Source: Mobula hypostoma
Lineage: Eukaryota
Assembly: GCF_963921235.1 (NCBI RefSeq)
Contig: NC_086097.1
Location: 161,512,001-161,576,000, forward strand
Direction: 5' to 3'
DNA length: 64,000 nt
The notes under the pieces were generated by a model that saw only the letters and a program-made list of their open reading frames with translations, was not told where the DNA came from and made no database searches. Positions 36,393-47,959 of the stretch are shown piece after piece; position 1 is the first letter of the stretch; the number at the start of each line of letters is the position of its first letter. The translations under genes and the position numbers were made by a program.

Positions 36393-36405
36393 AATAACTC
36401 AGCAC

Positions 36406-36587
36406 CATTTTCAGGCTTGTTCTTGCTTAGAGACAGATCCTCAGCTGGAAAATCCTGCCATATATCAACTGGTAGATTTGGCATGCTTGCAGCGAATCGC
36501 TTAGTCATCAACTGATCAATATTAAATTCCTTTCTCACAGCCATCTGTTCCATTGTGGGCCTTCGAGGATTATCCCGCATCTTCATT
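36406..36587 (-). CDS. DENND3: DENND3 exon (linker): MKMRDNPRRPT...KRFAASMPNL...NKPEN
   Basis: 182 nt; acceptor ttttag; PRRPT and SMPNL motifs; donor G|GTGCTG chosen for phase-1 compatibility (weak). Confidence 0.85.
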
Positions 36588-36816
36588 CTAAAACAACATC
36601 CATCAATAAGTTTCTGCTTGTAACACAACTTAACAACAATTCAGAATGTTAATAAATGAGGCAAGTAAAACCATTAGATTTGCTGTGAGTTAATTCCAAT
36701 GGTTTAATTAGTTCAAAATAAAACCTCAAATTAAAAAATAGATCTTAATAGATCTTTGATAAGACCTTCTACTATTTTGATTAAATTTACATTAAGTTAA
36801 ATTTAGTTTAGTGGTT

Positions 36817-37411
36817 CCTAAGGTTGTCAAAGCTGGGTGGGGAGGGGTAGTGGGGATAAGCTCCCACTACCTATTAAATGCTCCCAATGGTGGCATCACA
36901 AATAGCATCTGACAATCAAGACCATCTTCTGGCCTTGAAGTGTGGTTTAGCTACTTAGCCCCGCGAAACTGTTTCTGCTGACAAGCGTAGGGCTAAAGGC
37001 GGGTTACTGATGCCTTAAAAATAGTCACTTCAGGCAACGGGGCTCGTTAGCCGTGGTTAGGCAGCCCATCCAGAGAAGGAAAACTCTGGTCTCAAACCTC
37101 TGCTGCTTTGTGGATATACCTATTCATGGGGAAGCTATGGGAGTAAACTCTGAAGAAAAATCGAGAGCTAGAGTTCCTAAAGCAGTCCTACATTGAGTTC
37201 AATGCTGGATGGCAAGTCCTGAGATGCCGTTGACATCATAACCATACCATTATCAGTATCTGCCGTTCCTTTCGATTCATCAGCTGTATGGAAAGGTGGA
37301 GCCTGCTGTATGGGAGACAGCTTGCTCTCCATATCATACCACCCTAGCTTGCATATCACATAGATAGCTAGGAGTAACATCCATGGTCAACCTCAACCAA
37401 CTGAGGCCTCA
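36817..37411 (+). repeat. Non-coding interspersed repeat, copy 2
   Basis: Colinear with 26047-26547. Confidence 0.75.
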
Positions 37412-37789
37412 CAATCCCAATGGATATTAAGGAATCAAAATGCATTAATGAATATGGTACAGCAGTCTGATGAATTCTAAAGTTCAGCAAGTTATTTTGA
37501 ATATCCACCTGCATTACTATAATCTTGTTCCCAAAAAAAATTTAAAAGATTTAGATAGGAGTCTTAACATAAAAAATAAACAAACATTAATCAAACAGGA
37601 CAAAAATCTTAAATTCAATCCTAGTCAATATTGAAATGCAAATGTTTCTTCACAGGTAAAGCAATAAAGAAAGTTAAATCATTGTGGTCTGAACATTTAA
37701 AAATATGACTGGTTGAAACAAAGAGGCTGATACTCACAAGTGGCTTGAGAACTTTGACTGCTACTTGTCTCCAAGCAGTTGGATCATAA

Positions 37790-38247
37790 GAGGCAAGCAC
37801 ATAAAGCTTTGGTTACGCTGGACTTGGAGTACTGGGTGCAATTCTGGCCAACCCATTACAGGAAGGATGCAGAAACTTTGGAAAGGATGTAGAAGAGGTT
37901 TACCAGGATGCAGCCCTTATTAGAGAATATGAACTTAAGGAGAGTTTGGATAAACCTGGGTTGTTTTCTCTGCAGTCTTGCAGGCTGATAAAGGTGGTGG
38001 GCGGGGTGGGGGGGGGGTTGCCTGATAGAAATTCATATAATTATGAGAGACATAGATAGGATATTCAGTCAGAATATTTATCCATGGCTATGTGCTAAAT
38101 ACAAGACAACATGCTTTTAAGAAACAGGGGAAAGTTTACAGGAGATGTGTGGACAAACACCTTGCAGAAGTAGTAAGTGCCTGGAACAGACTGCAGGGGT
38201 CGTAGTGGAGGCAGTTATGTTAGTGGCGTTTAAGAGATGTTTAGACA
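37790..38247 (+). mobile_element. Decayed CR1 3' fragment
   Basis: ttggagtactgggtgcaattctgg; agaagaggtttaccaggatg. Confidence 0.75.
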
Positions 38248-38796
38248 TATAGAGTGCCCTAAAAATGTATTCAGACCCCACAACTATTTTCACATTTTAC
38301 TGTTTCATCTTCTAAATTTGAAATAACATTGAAGTACGATTTTTGAGCTAATCTAGAAAACATTGTGCATCATGTCAAGTCAAAAGAAAAATTCCAAACT
38401 ATCAACCATTTACTTAAACTTAAAAACTAAAATAGTGAGGCTGAAAACTTAGTCATCCCTTTGTAATTAGTACGCTAAGTTTCCTCAGGTGCAATACTGT
38501 ATATTACCTTACCAACTCACCCAATTTGTTGAAGTAGAAAATTGGAGGATCACCTGAATAAATATCCCTTCTCTGCAAGGTCCAACGGTATGGTAGATTT
38601 TCAAACAGACCAAACCGAAATGGAGATAAAATAGCATTTAAGGCAACTCAGGCAAATGATAACAGAGAAGCATAAATCTAGGGAAGGGTACTAGACCAAC
38701 CTCAAGCTCAGTGCAGTCCATCATAGACATACCTCAGAGCTTAATGCAGTTCATCATGAAAAGTGGAAAAAAATATGAGACCACAGCCACACTGCC

Positions 38797-39007
38797 AGCT
38801 GGTGGTGTAGTGGCATCAGCGCCAGATTTCAGAGCACAGGCTCCCGAGTTCGAATCCAGCTGGCTCCCTTACATGCTTTCCATCCATGCTGGGTTGAGCG
38901 TTGAGCTAGCAACTCGGCCTCGTAAAAATAAGAAAGCCTGCTAAAAAAAAAAACACCCTCATGATGGCGTCCCGATGACTCCACTTGGAGTTAATGGCTT
39001 TCTTCTT
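38797..39007 (+). mobile_element. tRNA-derived SINE inserted in the Tc1 transposase
   Basis: A box TGGTGTAGTGG, B box GAGTTCGAATCC, (CTT)n tail; 15-bp TSD CACAGCCACACTGCC. Confidence 0.9.
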
Positions 39008-39280
39008 CACAGCCACACTGCCTAGGTCAGGCCACCCCTCTAAACTTAGTCACTGAAGAAGAGTGGCACTAGTAAGAAAGGCTACTGTGGTGGCAATATT
39101 TTCTCTGAGTGAGCTGCTGTCAGTGGTTGCAACTAGACTCTGTCTTGCACAAAAAAGGTATTTATGGAAGAATGGCAAGGAAGAAGCCCTGGCTTTAAAA
39201 AAAAGCATCTCTTTGCCCATAAAGACTTTGCAAAGTGGCACTTGGAAGATACTGTAAAAATATAGAAAAAGACCTTTTGG

Positions 39281-39817
39281 TTGGATGAAACTAAAGTGGA
39301 ACATTTTGGCCTCAACACTAAGTGGTACATGTGGCATAAATCTAATACTGGGCATCAGCCAGGTAAAACCATCCCTACTGTAAAGTATGATGGAGGTAGC
39401 AACATGCTGTGGGGATGCTTTTCAGCAGCAGGGACTGGAAATCTGGTCAGGATTAAAGGGAAGATGAATGCTGCTAAATACAGAGAGATTCTGGGTAAAA
39501 ACCTGTTAGCCTGTGCCAGAAAGTCTAAACTAGGGAGGAAGTTCATCTTTCAGCAGGACAACAACCCAAAGCACACTGCCAGAGCAACCACGGCCTGGCT
39601 TCAAATGAAGAAAACTGATGTCCTTGAGTGGCCCAGTCAGAGTCCTGACTTTAATCCGACTGAACTTCTCTGGCAAGACCTCAAGATTACTGTCCACTGG
39701 CGCTCCCCAACTAACCAGGAATGGGCAAGTCTTGCTCCATCACGTTGTGCAAAGCTAATAGAACCTTATCCAAAAAGACTACTGGCCATAATAGCTGCAA
39801 GAGGTAGTTCAAACTGA
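39281..39817 (+). pseudogene. Tc1 DD34E transposase catalytic domain (N-terminal half disrupted)
   Basis: DETK, MLWGCFS, FQQDNNPKH, WPSQSPDFNPTE. Confidence 0.9.
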
Positions 39818-40030
39818 GTCCCAAGCAAAGGAAGAGGAATACTCTTGAACTGTTGATATTTCAGTTTTTGAATTTTTAGTCTTTCATGCTATACAGTTTT
39901 CCCTGTTTTGGAGGCTCGGCTGTGGAAAAAATTGAGCATGTGATTCACAAGTAAAAAAAGTTCCCAGTTAAATTGCTCACCAAGGCATTCTACAAGTATG
40001 TGAAGAGCAAGAGAATAAGATGTCAAAGAT

Positions 40031-42445
40031 TGGCATCTGATTAGTTCCAAGGGTTTAGATGGGGCAGAGTTTGTTAAGTGTGTCCAGGACGGATTCCTGT
40101 CACAGTATGTGGACAGGCCGACTAGGGGGAATGCCATAATAGATCTGGTACTAGGTAATGAACCGGGTCAAGTCACAGATCTCTCAGTGGGTGAGCATCT
40201 GGGGGACAGTGACCACTGCTCCCTGGCCTTTAGCATTATCATAGAAAAGGATAGAATCAGAGAGGACAGGAAAATTTTTAATTGGGGAAGGGCAAATTAT
40301 GAGGCTATAAGGCTAGAACTTGCGGGTGTGAATTGGGATGATGTCTTTGCAGGGAAATGTACTATGGACATGTGGTTGATGTTTAGAGATCTCTTGCAGG
40401 ATGTTAGGGGTAAATTTGTCTCGGTGAGGAAGATAAAGAATGGGAGGGTGAAGGAACCATGGGTGACAAGTGAGGTGGAAAATCTAGTCAGATGGAAGAA
40501 GGCAGTATACATGAGGTTTAGGAAGCAAGGATCAGATGGGTCTGTTGAGGAATATAGGGAAGCAAGAAAGGAGCTTAAGAAGGGGCTGAGAAGAGCAAGA
40601 AGGGGGCATGAGAAGGCCTTGGCAAGCAGGGTAAAGGAAAACCCCAAGGCATTCTTCAATTATGTGAAGAAAAAAAGGATGACAGGAGTGAAGGTAGGAC
40701 CGATTAGAGATAAAGGTGGGAAGATGTGCCAGGAGGCTGTGGAAGTGAGCTAGGTCCTCAATGAATACTTCTCTTCGGTATTCACCAATGAGAGGGATAT
40801 GATGGTGAGGACAATATGAGTGAGGTTGATGTTCTGGAGCATGTTGATATTAAGGGAGAGAAGGTGTTGGAGTTGTTAAAACACATTAGGACGAATAAGT
40901 CCCCAGAGCCTGACGGAATATTCCCCAGGCTGCTCCACGAGGTGAGGGAAGAGATTGCTGAGCCTCTGGCTAGGATCTTTATGTCCTCGTTGTCCATGGG
41001 AATGGTACCGGAGGATTGGAGGGAGGCAAATGTTGTCCTCCTGTTCAAAAAAGGTAGAAGGGACAGTCCAGGTAATTATACACCAGTGAGCCTTACGTCT
41101 GTGGTGGGAAAGCTGTTGGAAAAGATTCTTAGAGATAGGATCTCTGGGCATTTAGAGAATCATGGTCTGATCAGGGACAGTCAGCATGGCTTTGTGAAGG
41201 GCAGATTGTGTCTAACAAGCCTGATAGAGTTCTTTGAGGAGGTGACCAGGCAGATAGAGGAGGGTAGTGCAGTGGATGTGATCTATATGGATTTTAGTAA
41301 GGCATTTGACAAGGTTCCACATGGTAGGCTTATTCAGAAAGTCAGAAGGCATGGGATCCAGGGAGGTTTGGCCAGGTGAATTCAGAACTGGCTTGCCTGC
41401 AGACGGCAGAGGGTCGTGGTGGAGGGAGTACATACAGATTGGAGGATTGTGACTACTGGTGTCCCACAAGGATCTGTTCTGGGACCTCTACTTTTCGTGA
41501 TTTTTATTATCGACCTGGATGTGGGGGTAGAAGGGTGGGTTGGCAAGTTTGCAGATGACACAAAGGTCGGTGGTGTTGTAGATAGTGCAGAGGATTGACA
41601 AAGATTCCAGAGAGACATTGATAAGATGCAGAAGTGGGCTGAGAAGTGGGAGATGGAGTTCAACCCGGAGAAGTGTGAGGTGGTACACTTTGGAAGGACA
41701 AACTCCAAGGCAGAGTACAAAGTAAATGGCAGGATACTTGGTAGTGTGGAGGAGCAGAGGGATCTGGGGGTACATGTCCACAGATCCCTGAAAGTTGCCT
41801 CACAGGTGGATAGGGTAGTTAAGAAAGCTTATGGAGTGTTAGCTTTCATAAGTCAAGGGATAGAGTTTAAGAGTCGTGATATAATGATGCAACTCTATAA
41901 AACTCTGGTTAGGCCACACTTGGAGTACTGTGTCCAGTTCTGGTCACCTCACTATAGGAAGGATGTGGAAGCACTGGAAAGGGTACAGAGGAGATTTACC
42001 AGGATGCTGCCTGGTTTAGAGAGTACGCATTATGATCAGAGATTAAGGGAGCTAGGGCTTTACTCTTTGGAGAGAAGGAGGACGAGAGGAGACATGATAG
42101 AGGTGTACAAGATAATAAGAGGAAGAGATAGAGTGGATAGCCAGCACCTCTTCCCCAGGGCACCACTGCTCAATACAAGAGGGCATGGCTCTAAGGTAAG
42201 GGGTGGGAAGTTCAAGGGGGATATTACAGGAAGATTTTTTACTCAGAGAGTGGTTGGTGCGTGGAATGCACTGCCTGAGTCAGTGGTGGAGGCAGATACA
42301 CTAGTGAAGTTTAAGAGACTACTAGACAGGTATATGGAGGAATTTAAGGTGGGGGCTTATATGGGAGGCAGGGTTTGAGGGTCGGCACAACATTGTGGGC
42401 CAAAGGTCCTGCACTGTGCTGTACTATTCTATGTTCTATGTTTTA
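40031..42445 (+). mobile_element. Relatively young 5'-truncated CR1 (end of APE, RT, 3' UTR)
   Basis: ORF pieces 40109-40753, 40816-41379, 41416-41598, 41626-42378 with few lesions; tail ttctatgttctatgtt. Confidence 0.93.
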
Positions 42446-42521
42446 GAATAGGACCAATCAGGTGTGACAGTGGAAAAGTGTGCATGGAAACAGAGGAGAT
42501 AGCAGACGTACTTAATGAGTA

Positions 42522-43340
42522 GGAACAATCACAATCTGCTGGAGGAACTCAGCAGGTCCGTCAGCATCAGTTGAAAAGGTCAGTCGACGTTTCGGGCCGA
42601 AACCCTTCGTCAGGACTGGAGGAAGAACTTTGGGGATGGTTCGAAGAACGTTGGTAGTTGAAAAAAATAGTAATTTGAAAGACAACGGGATGGAGGAGGG
42701 GAAGCAGGGAGGTGATTGGCAGGAGAACAATGCGCAGTAGTAGAAGGAGGCGGAACTATGAGGGAGGTGATGTGAAATAGGGATAGAGAAAGGGAGGGGG
42801 AGGGAATTACCGGAAGTTGGAGAATTCTATGTTCATACCAAGGGGCTGGAGACTACCTAGACGGTATATGAGGTGTTGCTCCTCCAACCTGAGTTTAGCC
42901 TCATCATGGCAGTAGAGGAGGCCATGTATGGACAGATCTGAATGGGAATGGGAAGCAGAGTTGAAGTGGGTGGCTACTGGGATATCCTGTCTGTTTTGGC
43001 GGACGGAGTGGAGGTGCTCAACGAAGCGGTCCCCCAATCTGCGTCGGGTTTCACCGACATAGAGGAGGCTGCACTGAGAGCACCGGATGCAATAGATGAC
43101 CCCAACAGACTCACAAGTGAAGTGTTGCCTCACTTGGAAGTACTGTTTGGGGCCCTGAATGGTGGCAAGAGAGGAGGTGTAGGGACAGGTGTAGCACTTG
43201 CGCTTACAGGGATTAAGTGCCAGGAGGGAGATCTGTGGGGAGGGACGTGTGGACCAGGGAGTCGCGGAGGGAACCGATCCCTGCGGAAGGCGGAGAGGGG
43301 TGGAGAGGGAAAGATGTGCTTAGTGGTGGGGTCCTGTTGA
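42522..43340 (-). mobile_element. PLE 3' fragment (second subfamily)
   Basis: GVIYCIRCSQCSLLYVGETRRRLGDRFVEH...MNIEFSNFR*. Confidence 0.9.
42581..42618 (-). ncRNA. Minimal type I hammerhead motif
   Basis: CAGUC-CUGACGA-AGGGUUUCGGCCC-GAAAC-GUC-GACUG; 5-bp helix I. Confidence 0.75.
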
Positions 43341-44185
43341 AGGTGGCTTGAGAAGTGGAAGATGGAGTTTAACCCAGCTAAGTGTGAGGTGGTTCATTTT
43401 GGTAGGACAAATATGATGACAGAATATAGTATTAATGGTAAGACTCTTGGCAGTGTGGAGGATCAGAGGGATCTTGGGGTGCGAGTCCATAGGACGCTCA
43501 AGGCTGCTGCGCAGGTTGACACTATGGTTAAGAAGGCATACGGTGCATTGGCCTTCATCAATCGTAGGATTGAGTTTAGGAGCCAAGAGGTAATGTTGCA
43601 GCTATATAGGACCCTGGTCAGACCCCACATGGAGTACTGTGCTCAGTTCTGGTCTCCTCACTACAGCAAGGATGTGGAAATCATAGAAAGGGTGCAGAGG
43701 AGATTTACAAGGATGTTGCCTGGACTGGGGAGCAAGGATGTTGCCTGGATTGGTGAGGTTGAATGAACTTGGCCTTTTCTCCTTGGAGCCATGGAGGATG
43801 AGAGATGACCTGATAGAAGTGTATAACATGATGAGGGGCATTGATCGTGTGGATAGTCAGAGGCTTTTTCCCAGGGCTGGAATGGCTAGCAGAAGAGGGC
43901 ACAGTTTTAAGGTGCTTGGAAGTAGGTACAGAGGAGATGGCAGGGTTTAGTTTTTTTTTAAATGCAGAGAATGGTGACCGTGTGAAATGGGCTGCCGGCG
44001 ATGGTGGTGGAGGTGGATACCATAGGGTCTTTTAAGAGACTCCTGGACAGGTACACAGAGCTCAGCAAAATAGAGGGCTATGGGTAACCCTATGTAATTT
44101 CTAAGGTAAGGACATGTTCGGCATAGCTTTGTGGGCCGAAGGGCCTGTATTGTGTTGTAGGTTTTCATTGTTTTTATGCTTCTAA
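43341..44185 (+). mobile_element. CR1 3' fragment; probably the same element as the pieces at 39978-40030 and 42446-42521
   Basis: MEFNPAKCEVVHFG...MEYCAQFWSPHY; same subfamily tail as 57330-57780. Confidence 0.88.
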
Positions 44186-44438
44186 AATCCCTGGTTGTAA
44201 TACTCATTTATGTGAACAAAGTGTTGGGGGCTGAATACTTTTACAAGGCACATTACATGAACATGCAGGGAATGGAAGAATGTTGCTTATGTACAACAGC
44301 AGACATTTAGTTTGATTTGGCACCATTCGGCACAGATATCATGGGACAATGAGCCCATTGCTGTGCTGCATTGTATTATTTATGATCAATGGGCAACTTT
44401 TGCATGCCTTCACCAAAGGCAAATTTCTCCAAGTTTAC

Positions 44439-44542
44439 CTGTCACTTTCAGGGCAGGTGCGAAGTTCCATTTGGCTGAAGGCATCCATCTTTCTATTCAA
44501 ACGAGCTTTAAGAAATGAATGGAATATATAGGTTTCCAGTAC
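44439..44542 (-). CDS. DENND3: DENND3 exon (dDENN): [34 protein letters not shown]
   Basis: 104 nt; acceptor ttgtag, donor GTAAAC; phase 0/2. Confidence 0.94.
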
Positions 44543-45234
44543 CTACAATATGTAACAATAAATGCATCTTAAATAATTGAGTAGCATATTTGGGTATATT
44601 ACAAAACCAAAGACGGGAACCTCTCTGAGTATGCATCATAGTTATAAATGCCCAAGGGCAATTATCATCCAGACCCCAATTTCACAAATTTCATTATTTT
44701 GGAAGCCCTTTCCCTCTCCCTCAAGTCAAAACATCAAGGAAAAGATAAAGCATTAAGTGAACAAAAATGATTTTCAAATTATGGCATGAAATTTAGATTT
44801 ATAACAAAACAATTCTTATTCTGAAGATAAGAAATAGCAGTACCCTATTTGGCCCCTTGAGCCTGCTGTGCCATTCAACTGATCTTCCTTCTCTTCCATT
44901 TACCTGCCCTTGCCTACATATTTCCTGTTTCCTTAAATATCCAAACTGCATTGTCTTCTGCAATTTAAGACCAAGCCTCTAGTACCCTCTAGGATAGGAA
45001 ATCCAAATGTGCATCAAGCTTTAAAAAACAACTTATTTCAGCATTTTATTCAAAATATAACTTGCAACATACAATTTAAGGAGTCCAAGTCAGACTTGGT
45101 CTTTGGTTTCCACTATACCAATTCCTTCTGTAATTTATTACCACAGGTCTGCAATAAACAATTCTAATTTTCATTAGCATATTCTTATTCTGTCAAAATT
45201 CTAGTAAAATAAATAGTGTTCAAAAATAAGTATT

Positions 45235-46235
45235 GCATCGGCTATGATTTATAATATTATTATGAAACTTAGGAAAGCTCCATTTGATAAGATTAGGGTA
45301 GATTGGGAACAGGAATTGGGGCTTACCATCTCTGTGGATGATTGGGGGCAGATTTTACAATTAGTTAATACTTCCTCTATTTGTGCTAAACATTCCCTAA
45401 TTCAATTTAAAGTGGTTCATAGAGCACATATGTCCAAAGATAAGTTAGCGCGTTTTTACACGCATATTAATCCTTTCTGTGATAGATGTTCGGGGCAGAT
45501 AGCCTCTTTAACTCATATGTTTTGGTCTTGCCCTACTTTGGAAACTTTTTGGAGAGATATTTTCAATATTATTTCTAAGGTATTAAATATAGATATCTCT
45601 CCTCACCCTATTACTGCTATCTTTGGACTACCTAAAATTTCTAGTAATCTTTCCCCTTCAGCCCGTAGAATGATTGCATTTCTTACTTTGATGGCGAAAA
45701 GATGTATTTTACAACATTGGAAAGAGCTTAATGCTCCAACTACCTTTTTTTGGTTTTCTCAGACGATTTTATGTTTGAATCTGGAGAAAATTAGAAGTAA
45801 CCTTTATGATTCTTCATTTAAATTTGAACAGATTTGGGGACCTTTTATTCGATATTTTCATTTAATGTAATATTTACCCTTCTTGTTCTTTTTTCACTGT
45901 TTTAATGGAGGTCGGGATTGAGGACGTGATTTTAAGTTTAACTCTGTTTGGTTTCAAGTTAGCCCATTGCTTTGCTTTGCTTTTAGTTAGTTGCACGGTG
46001 GGTTTTTTTTTGGGGTTTTTTTTTTTCTTTTTTTTCCATTGATATATATATAAAATCTAGTATACTATTATGTTATCTTGGTTTCTTATGCTTAAATTAC
46101 ATTGTTTGTAGTATTTTCTTTTTGGTATTGTTATCTTTTGGAATTTTATTATACTTTAACATTGTATTAATGTTTATATGGATTACCTTTTTTGTATACT
46201 TACTCAATAAAAAGATTTAAAAAGAAAAGAAAGAA
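45235..46235 (+). mobile_element. 5'-truncated L1-clade LINE
   Basis: Open ORF2 C-terminus with CCHC motif CDRC...HMFWSC; AATAAA at 46206; A-rich tail; 14-bp TSD CAAAAATAAGTATT (45221-45234, 46236-46249). Confidence 0.9.
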
Positions 46236-46581
46236 CAAAAATAAGTATTTGGATTAAAAGGTCAGTTTATTTTCTACGCTAGTGAAATGGTATCGGTATG
46301 TATAAATCTCAAAGAAAAGCAGGAGTTCTCTCACTTAAATAAAGTTTCATATTCTTATAGTTTACCCTATGCATATTGCATAAAGCCACTTCTGTCATCT
46401 AAAAATGATCGACTTTAAGATGTATTCGATAAATTGGGAAAACAGTTGTGAAATAAAATTAGAAAAAACGATTGTTACAGATAAAATGTAAATCAACTAA
46501 TTTATTGATTTGTATGTCTACAATGTTAGTATAACTTAAACAAATGTATCCACATAACTTTTACATAATGCTTATACTGAC

Positions 46582-46678
46582 CTTTTTGTAAAAGGGCTGA
46601 TCAGAAGCTGTTCTGGTCTTCAAAAATTCTTCACTATTAAAAACACGATATTCATAATTTAAATAGCCTGATACATCC
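46582..46678 (-). CDS. DENND3: DENND3 exon (dDENN): [32 protein letters not shown]
   Basis: 97 nt; acceptor ttgcag, donor GTCAGT; phase 2/0. Confidence 0.94.
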
Positions 46679-46852
46679 CTGCAATAAAACGGCTTTTGTG
46701 AATTCAGTAGCAAAGTCTTTGATAGTTTAAATTTTAATAGATTTCATCATCTGGATAACAGAATTGATGAATGCTAAAATTGTGGAATACTAACTGAAGA
46801 CAAAATATTTTAATCTAAAATACTTCAATCAAACTATTTCAATTTTTTTTTG

Positions 46853-46940
46853 GCGTGTGCCTGCATGCGTGCGAGTCTGTGCGTCTGCGTCTGTGTGTGC
46901 ATGCGTGCGCGTCTGTGTGTGTGCGTGTCCGTGTGTGCAT
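46853..46940. repeat. Imperfect (GT/GC)n microsatellite
   Basis: gtgtgc/gcgt low-complexity run. Confidence 0.85.
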
Positions 46941-46944
46941 CTGT

Positions 46945-47185
46945 GATGATGTCTTTTTCATGGCTTTTACAAGGCGCGGAGTGAGAGAGAGACTGTGTGA
47001 CACACCACTCCTCACACAGACATTTTCACAGTATTTTTCCCTTTATTTTATGAGGTTGAGTTGCGATCTCGACACTCAACCCAGCACGGATGGAAAGCAT
47101 ACTTAGGGGCAGACCCAACTAGTTTCGAACCCAGGAACCTCCGCTCCTGGGTCCAGTGCCGATGTTGTTGCGCCACCACCTGGGC
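46945..47185 (-). mobile_element. tRNA-derived SINE (related family)
   Basis: Minus strand GGTGGCGCAAC...GGGTTCGAAAC, then tttccatccgtgctgggttgag shared with the SINE at 38797. Confidence 0.75.
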
Positions 47186-47419
47186 CAAAATATTTCAATT
47201 TATAATTATTGTGTGAGTTAAAGATGCACCACCAAAGACTACCTCCCATTTCAAGAAAATACCTATTGAAAGCAAATTTTTCATAATACCCATACATAAT
47301 TTCTAACTATTTTTATGGCTGTCAAAGCATAGCTCCAATATTTTTCATAAATTCGTCAATGACACCCCTGATGCTGGCAGGATCACGGATGATGACAAAG
47401 CAATGTAAAGGAGAGAGAT

Positions 47420-47890
47420 CATAATCACAACTTTGCACTCAACATCGACAAAACAAAGAGCTTACTGTGGACTTTAGTAAGGGTAAATCAGGTGAATATG
47501 CAATAGTCGTCATTGAAGGATCTGCTGTGGAAAGGGTAAGCGGCTTCAAATTCATGGTTATGGACATTCTGGGCCTAGCACATAGATGTAACCATGAAGG
47601 CATGCCTGTATCTCTGTTTTCTTAAAAGTTTAGGGTGATTCGGCATGTCATTGATGACACGGAATCAGAATCAGGCTTATTATCACTGGCAGATGTCGTG
47701 AAATTTGTTAACTTTACAGCAGCAGTACATAATTATAGAAAAAACTGAATTATAGTATGTATATATATACACACACTGTAATTCAGTTTATACACACACA
47801 CACACACACACACACACTGCAGAAAACTAATTTTCATGGCCTCTGTACCTTGTGTCTCTATGCCAATGGCAATAAGCTTGAACTTGAATG
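47420..47890. mobile_element. Rex1-like fragments with a (CA)n microsatellite at 47790-47817
   Basis: caacatcgacaaaacaaagagcttactgtggacttt relic; tail aataagcttgaacttgaa. Confidence 0.55.
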
Positions 47891-47959
47891 GAGTTAGTAG
47901 TTGAAAGATATACAATAGTGGTGTTTAAAAAGCTGTTAGATAGATACAAATATTCCCTC

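Larger units (their letters stand above)
38250..44254 (+). mobile_element. Tc1-family DNA transposon (defective) with nested insertions
   Basis: Outer TIRs gtgccctaaaaatgtattcagacccc / ggggctgaatacttttacaaggcac; transposase relic at about 38620-39817. Confidence 0.85.

Noticed and set aside
38797..38870. Possible tRNA gene (also at 56133, 56781, 56995)
   Set aside because: A and B boxes are present, but they are followed by a shared SINE body, tail and TSD; no convincing cloverleaf.
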